Positions 34,779-35,988 of a stretch of 35,988 nucleotides of DNA are shown here, piece by piece. How positions within the stretch are numbered: position 1 is the first letter of the stretch; the number at the start of each line of letters is the position of its first letter. A program made the translations under genes and the position numbers. The notes beneath the pieces are model-generated. The model had not been told where the DNA came from. It was given only the letters and a program-made list of their open reading frames with translations, and did no database searches. Source of the stretch: Octopus bimaculoides (taxonomy: Eukaryota); the NCBI RefSeq assembly GCF_001194135.2, contig NC_068987.1, positions 38,870,495-38,906,482 of the forward strand, in the 5' to 3' direction.

Positions 34779-35975
34779 GGATCTAGTTTTTTCATTCGCA
34801 AAATATGCACTTTTTAAAAGGAAGTAAAAAATCTGAAAATCGGCTATAATAATGTCGCCTTCTAGTCTCATTGCTTTGAAGGTATGATGTTGTGGAGAAA
34901 AAAATTGAAGAAGAAAGGTGCAGAGGTTTAAAAATCGAAAATCTGGGTATTTTTAGCCAATAGCGAGACAAATTTTCTGCGTTTAGCGGTGTAGTGTCAA
35001 CTTTAAGGTTGTACCCTGTGAAATTTATAGTTTAGCGTCTGACCGGTTTGTAGGTTTCTAAATAAACAGAAATACCTAATTTCAATGTAGGTTTCTAAAT
35101 AAACAGAAATACCTAATAAAATTAAAATGTATCATCTTACTGTTTCTTTTATCTCTTCATTGATTGTATATTTTTATCATTTTTTAATATTCGTTATGTT
35201 AATATATTTGTCTGCATGTGTTTACTTTATGCGTACTTCAGTATTATGTATACCTGTCATGTATTTATGTACATCATTAATATATAAGTGCATGTGTGCG
35301 TGTGTGTGTCTGTGGAAAGAGGGCGTCTGTCTTCAAAACTTCAAAGTTGAGTAAAGTTTTCATGCTTGGTTTTGTAAACTACGATAAGAATAACACCGGT
35401 CAATAAAGAATTTGTCCTAAGGAAAAGAATAACTGTATCCTTTATGTTTTTGCAAGTAGAATTCAAAAGTAATGTCAAATTGTCTGTATCACATACAGTT
35501 TCGCTGTTCCACGATATCCCTCTCAGTTCCTGTTACGTGTGCTAAATTTCAGTTAAACTGTTAAAATGTGAAGCTAACGGTTTAAGAAATACTCCGAATT
35601 TAATTTTTTATGAATAGAATTAACCTAATGAAATCATAAATCCAGCTCTCTGAGACAATGGGTCCCAAAAATATATGAAATGAAAACTATGTAAAAATAC
35701 AATGTTTGAAAAAATCAACATAGACAACAGCAGCACAGACAACAGTGAACCACAACACAGCGTGTGGTTGTCGTCGTAACAAGCTGCTAATGCCACGCTG
35801 TCTGTTGATTAGCTAAAATTACAAAAATTTTCCAAATTTAATTCCAAATAACATCAGATTCTCTAATTTACGAGATAGCTTAATTGGTTGGTCGTAATCA
35901 AAATTCAGAGCTCCATCGGTACACCAAAATTTAAAGCAATCTGAGCAAAATTTGCGAATGAGAAAGACTAGATCC
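34779..35975. mobile_element. ~1.2-kb non-autonomous TIR element
   Basis: ggatctagttttttcattcgcaaaatatgc (34779-34808) versus the reverse complement of 35945-35975, ggatctagtctttctcattcgcaaattttgc. TA-rich flanks; no transposase ORF. Confidence 0.65.
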
Positions 35976-35988
35976 TATATACGCACGC

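Noticed and set aside
1-35988. CRISPR arrays, rRNA genes or prokaryotic systems
   Set aside because: None seen; the sequence is intron-containing animal DNA and its repeats are microsatellites or transposons.

Overview
AT-rich, microsatellite- and gap-rich eukaryotic genomic DNA. The SINE families and repeat landscape suggest an octopod cephalopod (recall/inference). It contains the 3' part of one minus-strand gene, a hillarin/kyphoscoliosis-peptidase (KY)-like protein with a degenerate transglutaminase-like domain, repeated KY-type Ig-like units and a charged coiled-coil tail. Four exons (25835-25606, 13536-13134, 11677-10325, 6820-6404) join through GT-AG sites in matching phase to give about 800 aa; I did not find the 5' exons. 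The rest is mostly decayed mobile DNA: tRNA-derived SINEs, a ~540-bp (TAA)n-embedded repeat in three copies, R4/Dong, RTE and Tx1-like LINE fragments, two Penelope-like elements with inverted terminal repeats, a deleted Ty3/gypsy element, mariner, Tc1-like and pogo remnants, and foldback/TIR elements. The most notable observation is a pair of type I hammerhead-ribozyme folds in the inverted arms of an intronic Penelope-like element, both with the same G12-to-A catalytic-core change. That intron also holds at least four long inverted-repeat pairs. Repeat boundaries were read by eye and are approximate, and family names come from motif recall, not database searches.
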